Part shown: one piece after another, positions 13,279 through 24,548 of the stretch
How positions within the stretch are numbered: the stretch's first letter is position 1
Layout: each line of letters starts with the position of its first letter
Assembly: GCF_902713615.1 (NCBI RefSeq)
Contig: NC_052171.1
Span: 2,728,001-2,792,000 of the forward strand
Length of the DNA: 64,000 nucleotides
Reading direction: 5' to 3'
Source: Scyliorhinus canicula
Lineage: Eukaryota
Program-made: the position numbers and the translations under genes
Notes under the pieces: model-generated
Told to the model about the DNA's origin: nothing
The model's database searches: none
What the model saw: the letters and a program-made list of their open reading frames with translations, nothing else

Positions 13279-13487
13279 GGGTGGCATGTGGCATAGTGGT
13301 TAGCACTGCTGTCTGACGCGGTTGAGGACCTGTGGTTCGAATCCCGGCCCTGGGGAACACTGTCCGTGTGGAGTCTGTGTGGGATACACCCCCACATCCA
13401 AAGATGTGCAGATTGGGTGGTTTGGCCACGCTATATTGCCCCTTAATTGGAAAAAAAATAATTGGGCACTCTAAATTTATTTAAAAA
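13279..13487 (+). mobile_element. HE1-like SINE, short A-rich tail
   Basis: tRNA head, core, tail CCCTTAATTGGAAAAAA..GGGCACTCTAAATTTATTT. Confidence 0.75.
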
Positions 13488-14089
13488 ACGAAATGTCATC
13501 GAACAAAATAATAGAAATAACAAGTCAGATCAGAGTTGACTTTCAGAGGACCTGACCTCAAAATAAACCTTTCAAAGAAACATGTTTGGGCTCAGGAGGC
13601 TAAATTGCCTCATTTTACTCCTAGATAATGCGTTCTCGGGAGGAAATGTCTGGCTGATTTTGCAATCCAGCTCTTGGTCTGTAGCATTGTCGGTAACAGA
13701 TGAGGAACATATCAGCCATGATAGAATGGCGGAGCAGACCCGATGGGCCTAATGGCCTAATTCTGTTTTCATTGCTAATGATCTTATTTCAGTAATTGGA
13801 CACAAAAAAACACATCATCTCAATAGTTAATTAGGCCTGAGGATCATTTTCTGGTTTGCCCTGAAGAGCATCCAACATGAACTCACAGCAATCTTGGGAC
13901 ATTGAATGTTACTTTGTTGAACTGTGTTTGCAATCAAGCAAAATGCAGCCAAAGGCTGGAGATTGTGATATAATGAGGTTCCCTGCCCTGCTTGTGCTGA
14001 TTGTTATTTTGCAAGTAAAAGTATCCGTCTTATTTAACCACTGTTGTCATGTTGAACGTCAGAAATTTGCACCGTCCCACATAAAAGCT

Positions 14090-14300
14090 GCGGACGAGCC
14101 CCAGCCGAACAGCAGCCTGCGCGCGCATTGCGTGCGAGCGCGAGCCGCCTGCGCGCGCATTGCGTGCGAGCGCGAGCAACCTGCGCGCGCATTGCGTGCG
14201 AGCGCGAGCAGCCTGCGCGCGCATTCTAACCAGCGGGAGGCGGACCCGCCAGAGGCACTTTCCTCAGGGGCCGGCTGGCTGGCTGCAGTTGGCCAGAGGA
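14090..14300 (+). promoter_or_regulatory. Candidate POLM CpG-rich promoter
   Basis: Dense CpG and a GC box (GGGAGGCGG) 160-370 bp upstream of the ATG; contains the 32-bp tandem repeat. Confidence 0.55.
14111..14225. repeat. 32-bp CpG-rich tandem repeat x3.6
   Basis: Unit AGC(A/C)(G/A)CCTGCGCGCGCATTGCGTGCGAGCGCG at 14111, 14143, 14175 and partial at 14207. Confidence 0.95.
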
Positions 14301-14462
14301 AGCTTGGATGCAGCTGTCATTCTCATCAATAAAATTTCACACTTTAATACCACGCTCAGAAACCTTTGTGGGGCTTGTGTTGAATATCACTTTTTGAAAG
14401 GCCTGTTCTCTTTCGAATTTTGTGGTGCTTCCTTTCAGTCTCCCTCCTCCCGTCAGCCGACT

Positions 14463-14653
14463 ATGGCCCTGGTGCCTCGGAAGAAGAAACGGAAAGATCC
14501 CGCTCTTTCTTTGGTTGGAGACAGTCCCGTTGGTGCGGTAAAGTTCGGTGAAGCTGGTATATTTTTGGTGGAGAGGAGGATGGGGTCAAGCAGGAGGAGC
14601 TTCCTCACCGAGCTTGCTCGGAAAAAAGGATTTCGAGTGGAAGAACAGATGAG
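14463..14653 (+). CDS. POLM: POLM exon 1 (NLS + BRCT N-half)
   Basis: MALVPRKKKRK...IFLVERRMGSSRRSFLTELARKKGFRVEEQM; donor GTGAGA at 14654, phase 2. Confidence 0.95.
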
Positions 14654-15837
14654 GTGAGAGAGAGCTGGAGATGTGTGTCCCACCGGAGTTTGACATTATC
14701 CCCTTCGAAATTTGGACACTGACAGTTGTCATCAAGAGTTTCACTGGTGTGAGGAATAAGCAAGAATTCTTGTGTGGGAAGTCAGACCTGTAGTATAAGG
14801 GTTAACAGAAATGGATATGCTAATATTTAACGTAAATGATGTTGCATTGATATCAGCCAGTCATATGTTAGACTCTGGAGAAGAAAACGCCGTGCTGGTA
14901 AGTGTTTAGACAATACTAATAAACAAGTGTTCAGGAAGTGCCACAGTATAGTCTGAGGGAAGATGGGCCATGTGTACCAATAACCACACCAAGCGTCCAC
15001 AGACCTGAGGAACCGTCTAAAACAAAAACATATTTTCAAGAGTCTGAAGTTGGTCAGAAAAGAAACCAGATAAAACGATTTACAAAGAATTTCAGAATTA
15101 TAGTACTGTATTGATTTGGAAGGTATGCAAATTGTTGGTAATCTGGTAAACCTTGGGATCTGAGCAGGACAGCACTAAACGAAATATCGGAGGTAAAATG
15201 GAGGAAAGCCAGAGAGGGATTATGAAATCACAGTGAGGGAGTGGAACACTATTAAAGCTAATAAACGTAAGAAGTCTGACAACACTCAAGTTAAAGTCCA
15301 ACAGGTTTGTTTCGAATCACTAGTTTTCGGAGCACAGTGCCTTCAGGTGAGTCAGGGAGCCGGCATCTCCACATCAGAGCTAATGAAGGTAGAGGAAAGT
15401 GGAGTGTGACTTTGTGCAGCATAAATTTCGGGCAGCAGAACATATTGTCTCAGGACTAAAGACTTTTTGAGTTTTTATGATGCAAAACTAGATTTGCCTA
15501 TTCACATTCTTTTGCTGAAATCATTTTGCGTGCAGTACATGACTCTTGACAGCAATGGTGAAAAAGGCCCCCTGCACAGGCACCAAAAAGATTTTGACAT
15601 TGACTGAAGTGAACTTCCTCTAATTTAGGTTTTGGGTGCAAGAAAAAACTTTTAACAGTTGTGAAATCAGAAGTAGCATCTGTGCTCAGAACGCTGCAAC
15701 ATGTGATGCCACGTGCATTCTTATGATTTATACAATGCCAGCTAAGTTGACTCTGTCAGCAGTAGAACTCTCAAAAGATACATGGGATAGAGGCACTGTT
15801 CTTCTGTGGGTTTTCTGCACCAAAGCATCCGTCATAT

Positions 15838-16797
15838 TTTGGGGACCAAGGGCAATGTGTCCAGGTTTGCAGATGACACTAAGATGAGTGGTAAAGCGAA
15901 AAGTGCAGAGGATACTGGAAGTCTGCAGAGGGATTTGGATAGGTTAAGTGAATGGGCTAGGGTCTGGCAGATGGAATACAATGTTGACAAATGTGAGGTT
16001 ATCCATTTTGGTAGGAATAACAGCAAACGGGATTATTATTTAAACAATAAAATATTAAAGCATGCCGCTGTTCAGAGAGACTTGGGTGTGCTAGTGCATG
16101 AGTCACAGAAGGTTGGTTTACAAGTGCAACAGGTGATTAAGAAGGCAAATGGAATTTTGTCCTTCATTGCTAGAGGGATGGAGTTTAAGACTAGGGAGGT
16201 TATGTTGCAATTGTGTAGGTGTTAGTGCGGCCACGCCTGGAGTATTGTGTTCAGTTTTGGTCTCCTTACTTGAGAAAGGACGTACTGGCGCTGGAGGGTG
16301 TGCAGAGGAGATTCACTAGGTTAATCCCAGAGCTGAAGGGGTTGGATTATGAGGAGAGGTTGAGTAGACTGGGACTGTACTCGTTGGAATTTAGAAGGAT
16401 GAGGGGGGATCTTATAGAAACATTTAAAATTATGAAGGGAATAGATAGGATAGATGCGGGCAGGTTGTTTCCACTGGCGGGTGAAAGCAGAACTAGGGGA
16501 CATAGCCTCAAAATAAGGGGAAGTAGATTTAGGACTGAGTTTAGGAGGAACTTCTTCACCCAAAGGGTTGTGAATCTATGGAATTCCTTGCCCAGTGAAG
16601 CAGTTGAGGCTCCTTCATTACATGTTTTTAAGGTAAAGATAGATAGCTTTTTGAAGAATAAAGGGATTAAGGGTTATGGTGTTCGGGCCGGAAAGTGGAG
16701 CTGAGTCCACAAAAGATCAGCCATGATCTAATTGAATGGCGGAGCAGGCTCGAGGGGCCAGATGGCCTACTCCTGCTCCTAGTTCTTATGTTCTTAT
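15838..16797 (+). mobile_element. 5'-truncated CR1/HER1-like LINE (same family as 3830-6012)
   Basis: [32 protein letters not shown]; near-identical to 5080-6005; one frameshift near 16215. Confidence 0.95.
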
Positions 16798-16899
16798 ATG
16801 AATTACAAGTTGATTGAATTACTTGTATGGCTATAATATTACAGTTGATTTATTTGTAATCCTGTAGTTCTCGGATTGAATATTCTGTATTTTTAAAAA

Positions 16900-17116
16900 A
16901 AAATTTAGTGCACCAATTAATTTTTTCTAATTGAGGTGCAATTTAGCGTGGCCAATCCTCAAAACCTGCACATCTTTATTTTGTGGGGCAAAACCCACGC
17001 AAACACAAGGAGAATGTGCAAACTCCACATGGACAGTGACCCAGAGCTGGGATCGAACCTGGGAACTCAGCGCCCTGAGGCTGCAGGGCTAACCCATTGC
17101 ACCACTGTGTTGCCCC
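16900..17116 (-). mobile_element. HE1-like SINE, short A-rich tail
   Basis: Reverse complement of the 13279-type element. Confidence 0.75.
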
Positions 17117-18344
17117 ATATTCTGTATTGTTGGTATGTGACAAAATATTGGTTGCAGACCTCTGGTGACGGGGATGTGCTGCACGGAAGGTGACTCTTCT
17201 AGGAAGTCAAATTTAGACATTTTTAACCCAATAGTCTGCCAAAGCTGAGGGGAAAAAACATTCCTTCATCACCCTCTTTAACTTACAAACAAAAATATAA
17301 AATATTAACTGAAATGCCGACCAACAGCCGCACCAGAAGCGGCAAGGATATGAGAGGCAATAGGAGCCTGGAGATCCCAGCAAGCAAGACGGCAGACCCA
17401 CGAGGCAAGGAAGCTGAGGCAGCACTTGAAGGAGAGGGGCCAACAAGCCACGCAAGAAACTCCTCATTGGAGGGTGGCTGGAGGAAGTTCCTCACCAGTG
17501 AGCTAAAGAAGCTCAAGAAGGACATGAGGCTTGGAATCCAGGCAATGGTCAAGGTGGCGGTCACAGAAGCACTGGCGCTATGCAGGTAACCCTTGAAAAA
17601 ACAGAGAGACTAGAGGACCAGGGAAGCACAATCAAGCTGGAAAAGAGCTCTAACAAAGAACAAGGAAATGTATAGCACAGGAAGACGCCCTTCGGGCCTC
17701 CAAGCCTGTGCCGACCATGCTGCCCAACTAAACTAAAATCTTCTACATTTCCTGGGTCCGTATCCCTTTATTCCCATCCTATTCATGTATTTAAATCATG
17801 GCCTCAATAGACCAGAGCGACTGGAGCGTAAAAAAAAAATAAACGGCAGAGATAGCAAAGTTGGTGGGAACCTGCAGGGGAAAATAGAAGACCAAGCGAA
17901 TTGGTGGAGATGGCAGAACCTCAGAATAGTGGGACTGGCGGAAGGAACCAGAGGCAGGAACCCCACACATGACGTGGTCCAGATGCTGGGAAAGTTAGTA
18001 GGAAGTGACCGCTTTCTCAGCCTGCCAAGGATCGACAGGGCTCACAGATTGCACCAGCTGAAATCCAGGCCCGAGGGCAATAATTGCAAAGGTGCACCAT
18101 TACCAAGACCGGTTGAGAATCCTGTGATGGGCCAGACAGATGAGAACCTGCAGCTGGGGGGGTACACCGGAAGCGACATGGGGCGGACCTCGCCAAGCGC
18201 TCGGCTGAATGCAACAGAGCAAAGAAGGCTCTGTTGAAAAGTGGGCTAAAGTTTAGGATGCACTACCTACCGATAATCCTCCAGGGCAAGAGCACAATTT
18301 TACGGCCCTGCAGAAGCGGACAGTTCATCCAAAAACAATGGTCT

Positions 18345-18545
18345 GGGAACTGCCTTACGGCACAGAGGACCTGGGTTCAATCCTGACCACCGGTCACTGT
18401 CTGTGTGGATTTGCACATTCTCCCCCATGTCTGAGTGGGTCTTACCCCCACAACCCAAAAAGATGTGCAGGCAAGGTGAATTGGCCACAATGAAATTGCC
18501 TCTTAATTGGAAAAAAAGAATTGGGTATTGTAAATTTAAAAATAA
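18345..18545 (+). mobile_element. HE1-like SINE inside the L1 inter-ORF region
   Basis: Core and short A-rich tail; head truncated. Confidence 0.7.
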
Positions 18546-19947
18546 ACGGGCTGGGAAAGCAGCAGCAGAAACAGAGGTGAAGCCGTCACCCTGAGTGACA
18601 ATTTGTGCGGGACTGTACCGGTGCCTCGTCCTGAAGACGAAGGCACAGAAAGAGGGGTGAGGGCAGCGGGCCTCAGAAATAGGGAGAATAAGGAAGAGGT
18701 GAAAGGTAAGAAAAACGGTGGGTGGGGAGGCTCAGTGCCAACCTGAGAGGGGGGGCTACGACAATAGAAAAGCTGCTGCCAGGAGGAGAGAGAGTGTGCC
18801 CTGCGACACAGGGTGGTGGATGCAGTACCATAGAGGAAGCAAAGGGGGAAGGGTCTCATGGTGATGGTGCAGTAGCAGTGGCCATTTTAGATGGCCCCCT
18901 AACAAAGAGAACCTCCAGAGTGCAGGGGCGCACCCTGCAGGTAAATGATTGGTCCCGCAGGAGGGGGGGAGGGGGGGGGGGGGAACAGAACAGAAATCCC
19001 CCCATCAGAATAATAACCTGGACCATCAGGGACTTGACGACTCAGTGAAAAGATCCAGAGTCTTCGCCCACCTGAAAAGTATGAAAGCCGACATAATCTT
19101 CCTCCAAGAGGGAGAAGGGCCGACTGCGGGTCAGAAAGAACTGGGTCGGAGAGACATACCATTCTTGCTACAGAACAAGAGCTAGGGGGTAGACATGCTG
19201 GAGGATTAACAGGAGGATGATGCTTAAGGCGCTCTGAAGACCCAAGGGGACATAATTCATGGTCAGCAAGATCCTGGAAAGGGCACCAGTAGTCCTTGTT
19301 AACATGTACACTCCCAACTGGGACAACATGGAGTTTATAAAGAAGACGATGGCAGAAATCCCCGACATAAATACGCACCAACTCATCATGGAAGGGAGCT
19401 TTAACTGTGTACAGACCCACAAACAGACAGGTCAAACCCCAGAACTGAAGATCTCTGACATGGTCATAGAACTCAGCACGTTTAAGGAGCAGATGGAGGT
19501 TCCATACACGCTGTACATAAGGTAAATACATGCCTATATCTCTTTGTGGTAGGGAAAACTGTGCTTCCAAGGGCTGAATACTCTGCATCATGAACGCCGA
19601 CCACGCTCAACACTACATGAAAGTGATGTTGGAGACATGTCTTGCCCAATGTCGCCCAAGGAGGTTGGACAGTGCCCTCTTTGCCAGCCAGGTGTTCTGT
19701 GCAAAAATATCACAAGCTATAGACGGGTATGTTATCAATAACCAGAATGGAGAGGTCTCGCCCTCCACATTCTGGAAGGAGCTGAAGGCTGTGATCAGGG
19801 GTGAGATTATTACCTAAAAAGTATGTAGAGACAGGGAAGAGAGGGCGGCTAGGCTACAGCGAGTCGACTCCACACTGGAGCTAGACCAACAATACTCCGC
19901 GGCCCCGACTAGGTTTCTACTTCCTCTGTGCAACACGGTAGCACAAA

Positions 19948-20298
19948 GGGCAACACGATAGCACAGTTTGCGGCACAGCTTCACGGTCCCAGGTTCGATT
20001 CTTCGCTTGAGTCACTGTCTGTGCGGAGTCTGCACATTCTACCTGTGTCTGCGTAGGTCTCCTCCGGGTACCCTGGTTTCCACCCACAGTCCAGGTACCC
20101 TGGTTTCCACCCACAGTCCAAAGATATGCGGGTTAGGTGGATTGGCAATGCTAAATTGTCCTTGGTGTCCAAAAAAGGTGGGGCAGGGTTAATGGGTTAC
20201 AGAGTTAGAGTGGGCTTCTGTAGGGTGCTCTTTCCAAAGGCCGGTGCAAACTCGATGGGCTGAATGGCCTCCTTCTGCACTGTAAATTCTATGATTCT
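19948..20298 (+). mobile_element. HE1-like SINE inside L1 ORF2, with an internal 27-bp duplication
   Basis: Head GGGCAACACGATAGC, tail GAATGGCCTCCTTCTGCACTGTAAATTCTATGA; GGTACCCTGGTTTCCACCCACAGTCCA x2 at 20067-20120. Confidence 0.85.
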
Positions 20299-21917
20299 GG
20301 CGGAAAGGAAAAAAACTACAAATTGACTTTGACCTGCTCTCCGCAAGGAAAGCAGTGCATCAACTCCGCCAGACACAGGGAACATTCTATGAATCTGGAG
20401 ACAAAGCCAGCCACCTGCTGGCTCACCAGCTGAGAAAGCAGTCGGCCATGACGGGAAATAGCACAGATTAGGGACATCAAAAGCAGAGACAGAAAAGGTC
20501 AACAATACTTTTGAGGCCTTCTGTTGGAGGCTGTATATCTCTGAGCCCCCGGAGGGGGACTTGGGGATGAGGCTGTTCCTCAATGGACTGGGCATGCTAG
20601 GGGGAGAATAGGAAACGGGGGCTGGAAGCACCACTAGAACTGGGAGAAGTCATGGAGAGTATTACTTCCATGCAGGTTGGGGTGCCAGGACCAGATGGAT
20701 TTCCGACAGACTACTATAAAACAGCTTGTGACAGCATGGCCCCACACCTGCGGGAGATGTTCACAGACTTGCTAGCAACGGGCACCCCACTTCCAACACT
20801 AGCACAAGCCTCAATCTCGCTGACACCCAAGAAAGACAAAGGCCCGACAGAATGCGGGTCTTACAGACCCATCTCACTGCTCAATGTCGACGTGAAAATA
20901 CTGGCTAAAATCCTAGCCAGGCGACTGGAGAACTGCGTACCAGAGGTGGTTGCAGAGAACCAGACGGGCTTTGTTTAGGGTGGCCCTGCTAAATGTGATA
21001 ATGATCCCATCCGGGGAGAGAACACCAGATGTGATCATTTCCCTAGATGCAGAAAAGTCTTCCGACAGAGTCGGGTGGAAGTACCACAGAGGTACTGGAG
21101 CAGTTCGAGTTTGGAGCAGGGTTCATTAGCATGGGTGAAACTTCTGTACAGCGCTCCCATGGTGAGCGTGCGGTCTGACACCACCAGCTCTAAGTACTGT
21201 CAGAGGCACAAGACAGGGATGTCCGCTGTCACCGCTGCTATTTTGCCTGGCTTCGTCTACTAGCAATTGCACTGTGTGCTAAAAAACTGGAAAGGGATCC
21301 AGAGTTGCGACAGAGAGCATAGAGTCTCACTATATGCAGATGACTTGCACCTCCAAGTCGCAGACCCCCCAAGCAGCATGGAAGGGATCATGGTGCTCCT
21401 GAATGAATTTGGAGCCTTCTTGGGCTACAAACTCAACCTGAGCAAAAGTTCGATCTTCCAGGTGAACCTGCAAGGCAGGACACAGCTGGAGGGACTGCCA
21501 TTTAAACAGGCCAGAAACAAATTCTGCTACCTGGGGATCCAAATTGCCCACGACTGGACACGGATTTGTGGTGATATGAGTATTGGCATATCTATGTATA
21601 ATTGCACATGTGGTACAGAGGTGCGACTCCGCGCAACACAATATGGTGAAGAGCGAGATGGATGGTTTGATGGTACCACACCAGTTTCAAAGTCTCGGCA
21701 ATCTGGACTCAAACTGGCCTGGATTTAAGCAGCAGTTTCAACTCTTCCTTTTTGGTCTGTGGCCCACAGGCTCTGCCTGATGAAAGGCGCATTGTGTTGC
21801 TGCTAACAACAGCAGGTTCTCAAATGCTTCAACTGTGCAACTCATTCGGCTTTTAAGTACGGTGAGCAGAGCTACGAGGAGGTTATTCAACGCTTCGATT
21901 GCCACTGCTCCCCTAAA

Positions 21918-22305
21918 AGCAATGTCGACGTGAAATTACTGGCCAAATTCCTAGCCAGGCGACTGGAGAACTGAGTACCAGAGGTGGTTGCAGAGAACCA
22001 GACGGGCTTTGTTTAGGTCGACAGCTTACGTCAAACATCAGGCCCTGCTAAATGTGATAATGATCCCATCCGGGGAGAGAACACCAGATGTGATTATTTT
22101 CCTAGATGCAGAAAAGACAGAGTCGGGTGGAGGTACCTCAGAGGTACTGGAGCAAGTTTGGGCTTGGAACTGGGTTCATAGCATGGGTGAAATTTCTGTA
22201 TAGCGCTCCCATGGTGAGCGTGCTCTAAGTACTGTCAGAGGCACAAGACAGGGATGTCCGCTGTCACCGCTGCTATTTTGCCTGGCTTCGAGCCACTAGC
22301 AATGT
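21918..22305 (+). repeat. Copy of L1 ORF2 segment about 20880-21268 inserted into the Gypsy gag
   Basis: Same sequence as 20883-21268, including shared lesions; flanked by AGCAATGT at 21918-21925 and 22298-22305. Confidence 0.88.
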
Positions 22306-24372
22306 TCCGGAAGAGAAAGAATCCGTTGGCAGTTTTGTGACGGATCGGAGATTAAAGGCCCAGTTGTGCAATTTTGGACAGTTGTAATCCTCAATGATCC
22401 GAAACCAAATCATATATGGAATCTCGGATGGTAAACTACGTGAACAGCTGTTAAAGGAAGACAACCTGGATGCTGCCATCAGGATGTTCCAGACAAGTAA
22501 GCTCTCTGCGCAGTGGATCGGGGCCTTGAGCACAGTCCGCGCTGGTGCCAATCCGAGAAATGATTCTGGTGCCACAAATGCTGAGACACAGTTTAGTAAG
22601 AAACATGGTCTCGGTGTGGACGGCCATTTTGAGCGCACCGCTCCGCAGTGACGAAAGAAACGTACTCGCGATGGGGTGGCTATTTTGAACAAACTGATAA
22701 AAGACATGAGACGAAACGTGGTCTTGATGGGGGCCGCCATTTTGAACATCACAAGAAACATGGTCTCGTTGGGGACGGCCATTTTGGGCAGCAAGTCCCA
22801 TCTGCCATTTGTGCCCAAGTTGTGGCAAGAGAGACTCTGCAGCGATGTCCTGTTTTCAAAAAGAACTGCTACCAGTATGGCAGGAAGTGCCACTTTGCTC
22901 ATCGCTACACAGTTGATCGAGCACTATAGAAGAGCCCAAATCGGGATAAAAGGGTCGATCATCGGGCTGACGTGAATATGGTTTCAAAAATGAGTCGAGT
23001 GAGTTGGCGGGCCTGGCGAAGAAGTGACGCGCACCGTCTGCAGTCACAGTGAGGCAAACATGGGAGCCATCGAAGACAGCTGGATGATCCTGGTAATGCT
23101 CAATGAAACAGTCATCAAGTGCAAGATTCTTATGGGACAGCAAGAGCCAACCTGATTCCGCTCTTAGTGGTGCAGCAGCTAAAGATAGCATCGCACATTG
23201 ATCTGAATGATTTTTAAGACTATAATGGGCATCAATTCATGACTGTGGGAGAATGAGAGCTCGATGTCACCATTAAAAAGGTGACGCAGAAGATACGGTT
23301 CTCTGGAATTGCTCATTGGGGTGCAGGCCTGTGAAGCGCTCTGGCTAGTCAAGAAGGTGTACACCCCAGATTGCATGGCACCTCCCTGACACGCCTTGGT
23401 GGAGACCATCTCCAAGGCACATCCGGAGGTATTTCAAGGGTTTGGCACCCTACCATTCACCCACCGCATATAACTGAAGGAAATTGCGAGACCAGTGGTG
23501 CATGCGCCCAGACGGCTTCCTGCCCTGCTGAGGGAGAAACTCGAGGCTGAGCTGCAGCAGCTGACAACCCTGGGTGTCATAAGGTGCATTGAAGAGCCCA
23601 CGGACTGGGTGAACTCGATGGTACGTGTCAAGAAACTGAACGAGGACGTGAGCATTTGCATGGACCCCAAGGACCTCAGTGCGAGCATCAAAAGAGAGCA
23701 CTATCCCATCCCCAAAAAGGGAGGAAATTGCATGCTGGGGCGACATGTTTCAGCAAGCTGGATGAGGCAAGTACAAGATTGGGCACTTTTAATACGCCCT
23801 TTGGCCGGTACTGTTTTCAGCGAATGCCCTTCGGAATCATCTCTGCATCGGAAATATTTCATTGGGCCAGGGAACACAAAGTGGAAGGGCTGCTGGGTGT
23901 CCATGTGTATGTGGATAACATCATAATCTGGGAATCCACGCGTGAGGAACATGGTGCATGGCTCATGCAAGTGCTCAAAAGGGTCAGTAAAAAGGGCCTC
24001 AAAACTCAATCAGGCGAAATGCCAAGTTGGAGTGGGTGCCATCACTTTTCTAGGAGATAGGATATCATCGAAGGGGGTACAGCTGGATGATGAGAAAATC
24101 AAAGCCATCATTAACATGCCGAGGCCCATAGATACAAATGGTGTACTGTGAATTCTGGGTATGATCAACTTATGTTGGAAAATTCATTCCCAACCTAACC
24201 TCCAAGATGTCCCAGCTCAGAAAAGTCCATTAAGAAGGATATGATCTTCCAGTGGTCGCTGAAACATGAGCAGGATGGGTGAGTGCTCTGTGTTTCCCGA
24301 ACAACGACGCCTATGCTGGCCTTTTTCGACCCGACCAAGGAGACAAAAATGTCCATGGACGCATCTCAATAA

Positions 24373-24548
24373 TCTAATAATAACCGCTTATTGTCACAAG
24401 TAGGCTTCAGTGAAGTTACTGTTAAAGCCCCTAGCCGCCACATTCCGGCGCCTGTTTGGGGAGGCCGGTACGGGAATTGCTTCCGCGCCGCTGCCTTTTT
24501 CTGCATTACAAGCCAGCTGTTTAGCCCACTATGCTAAACCATCCCCAA
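24373..24548 (-). mobile_element. Family-2 SINE inside Gypsy pol
   Basis: Reverse complement of the 7658-type element. Confidence 0.8.

Larger units (their letters stand above)
17163..21566 (+). mobile_element. Decayed L1/Tx1-type LINE with ORF1 and ORF2 remnants, carrying SINE insertions and cut by a Gypsy element
   Basis: ORF1 QNLRIVGLAEG..IDRAHR; EN IITWTIRD..KRSRVFAHLKSMKADIIFLQE; RT PGPDGFP, SYRPISLLNVDVKILAKILA, VSLYADDL; probable 3' UTR/A-tail at about 24905-25063. Confidence 0.88.

Noticed and set aside
14111-14225. CRISPR-like array (32-bp repeats); same question for the 282-bp array
   Set aside because: Units are directly adjacent with no unique spacers, there are no cas genes, and the context is vertebrate.
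14160-14462. In-frame N-terminal extension of POLM suggested by ORF 14160-14657
   Set aside because: There is no upstream in-frame ATG (the ORF starts at TTG inside the promoter repeat), and homology begins at MALVPRKK.
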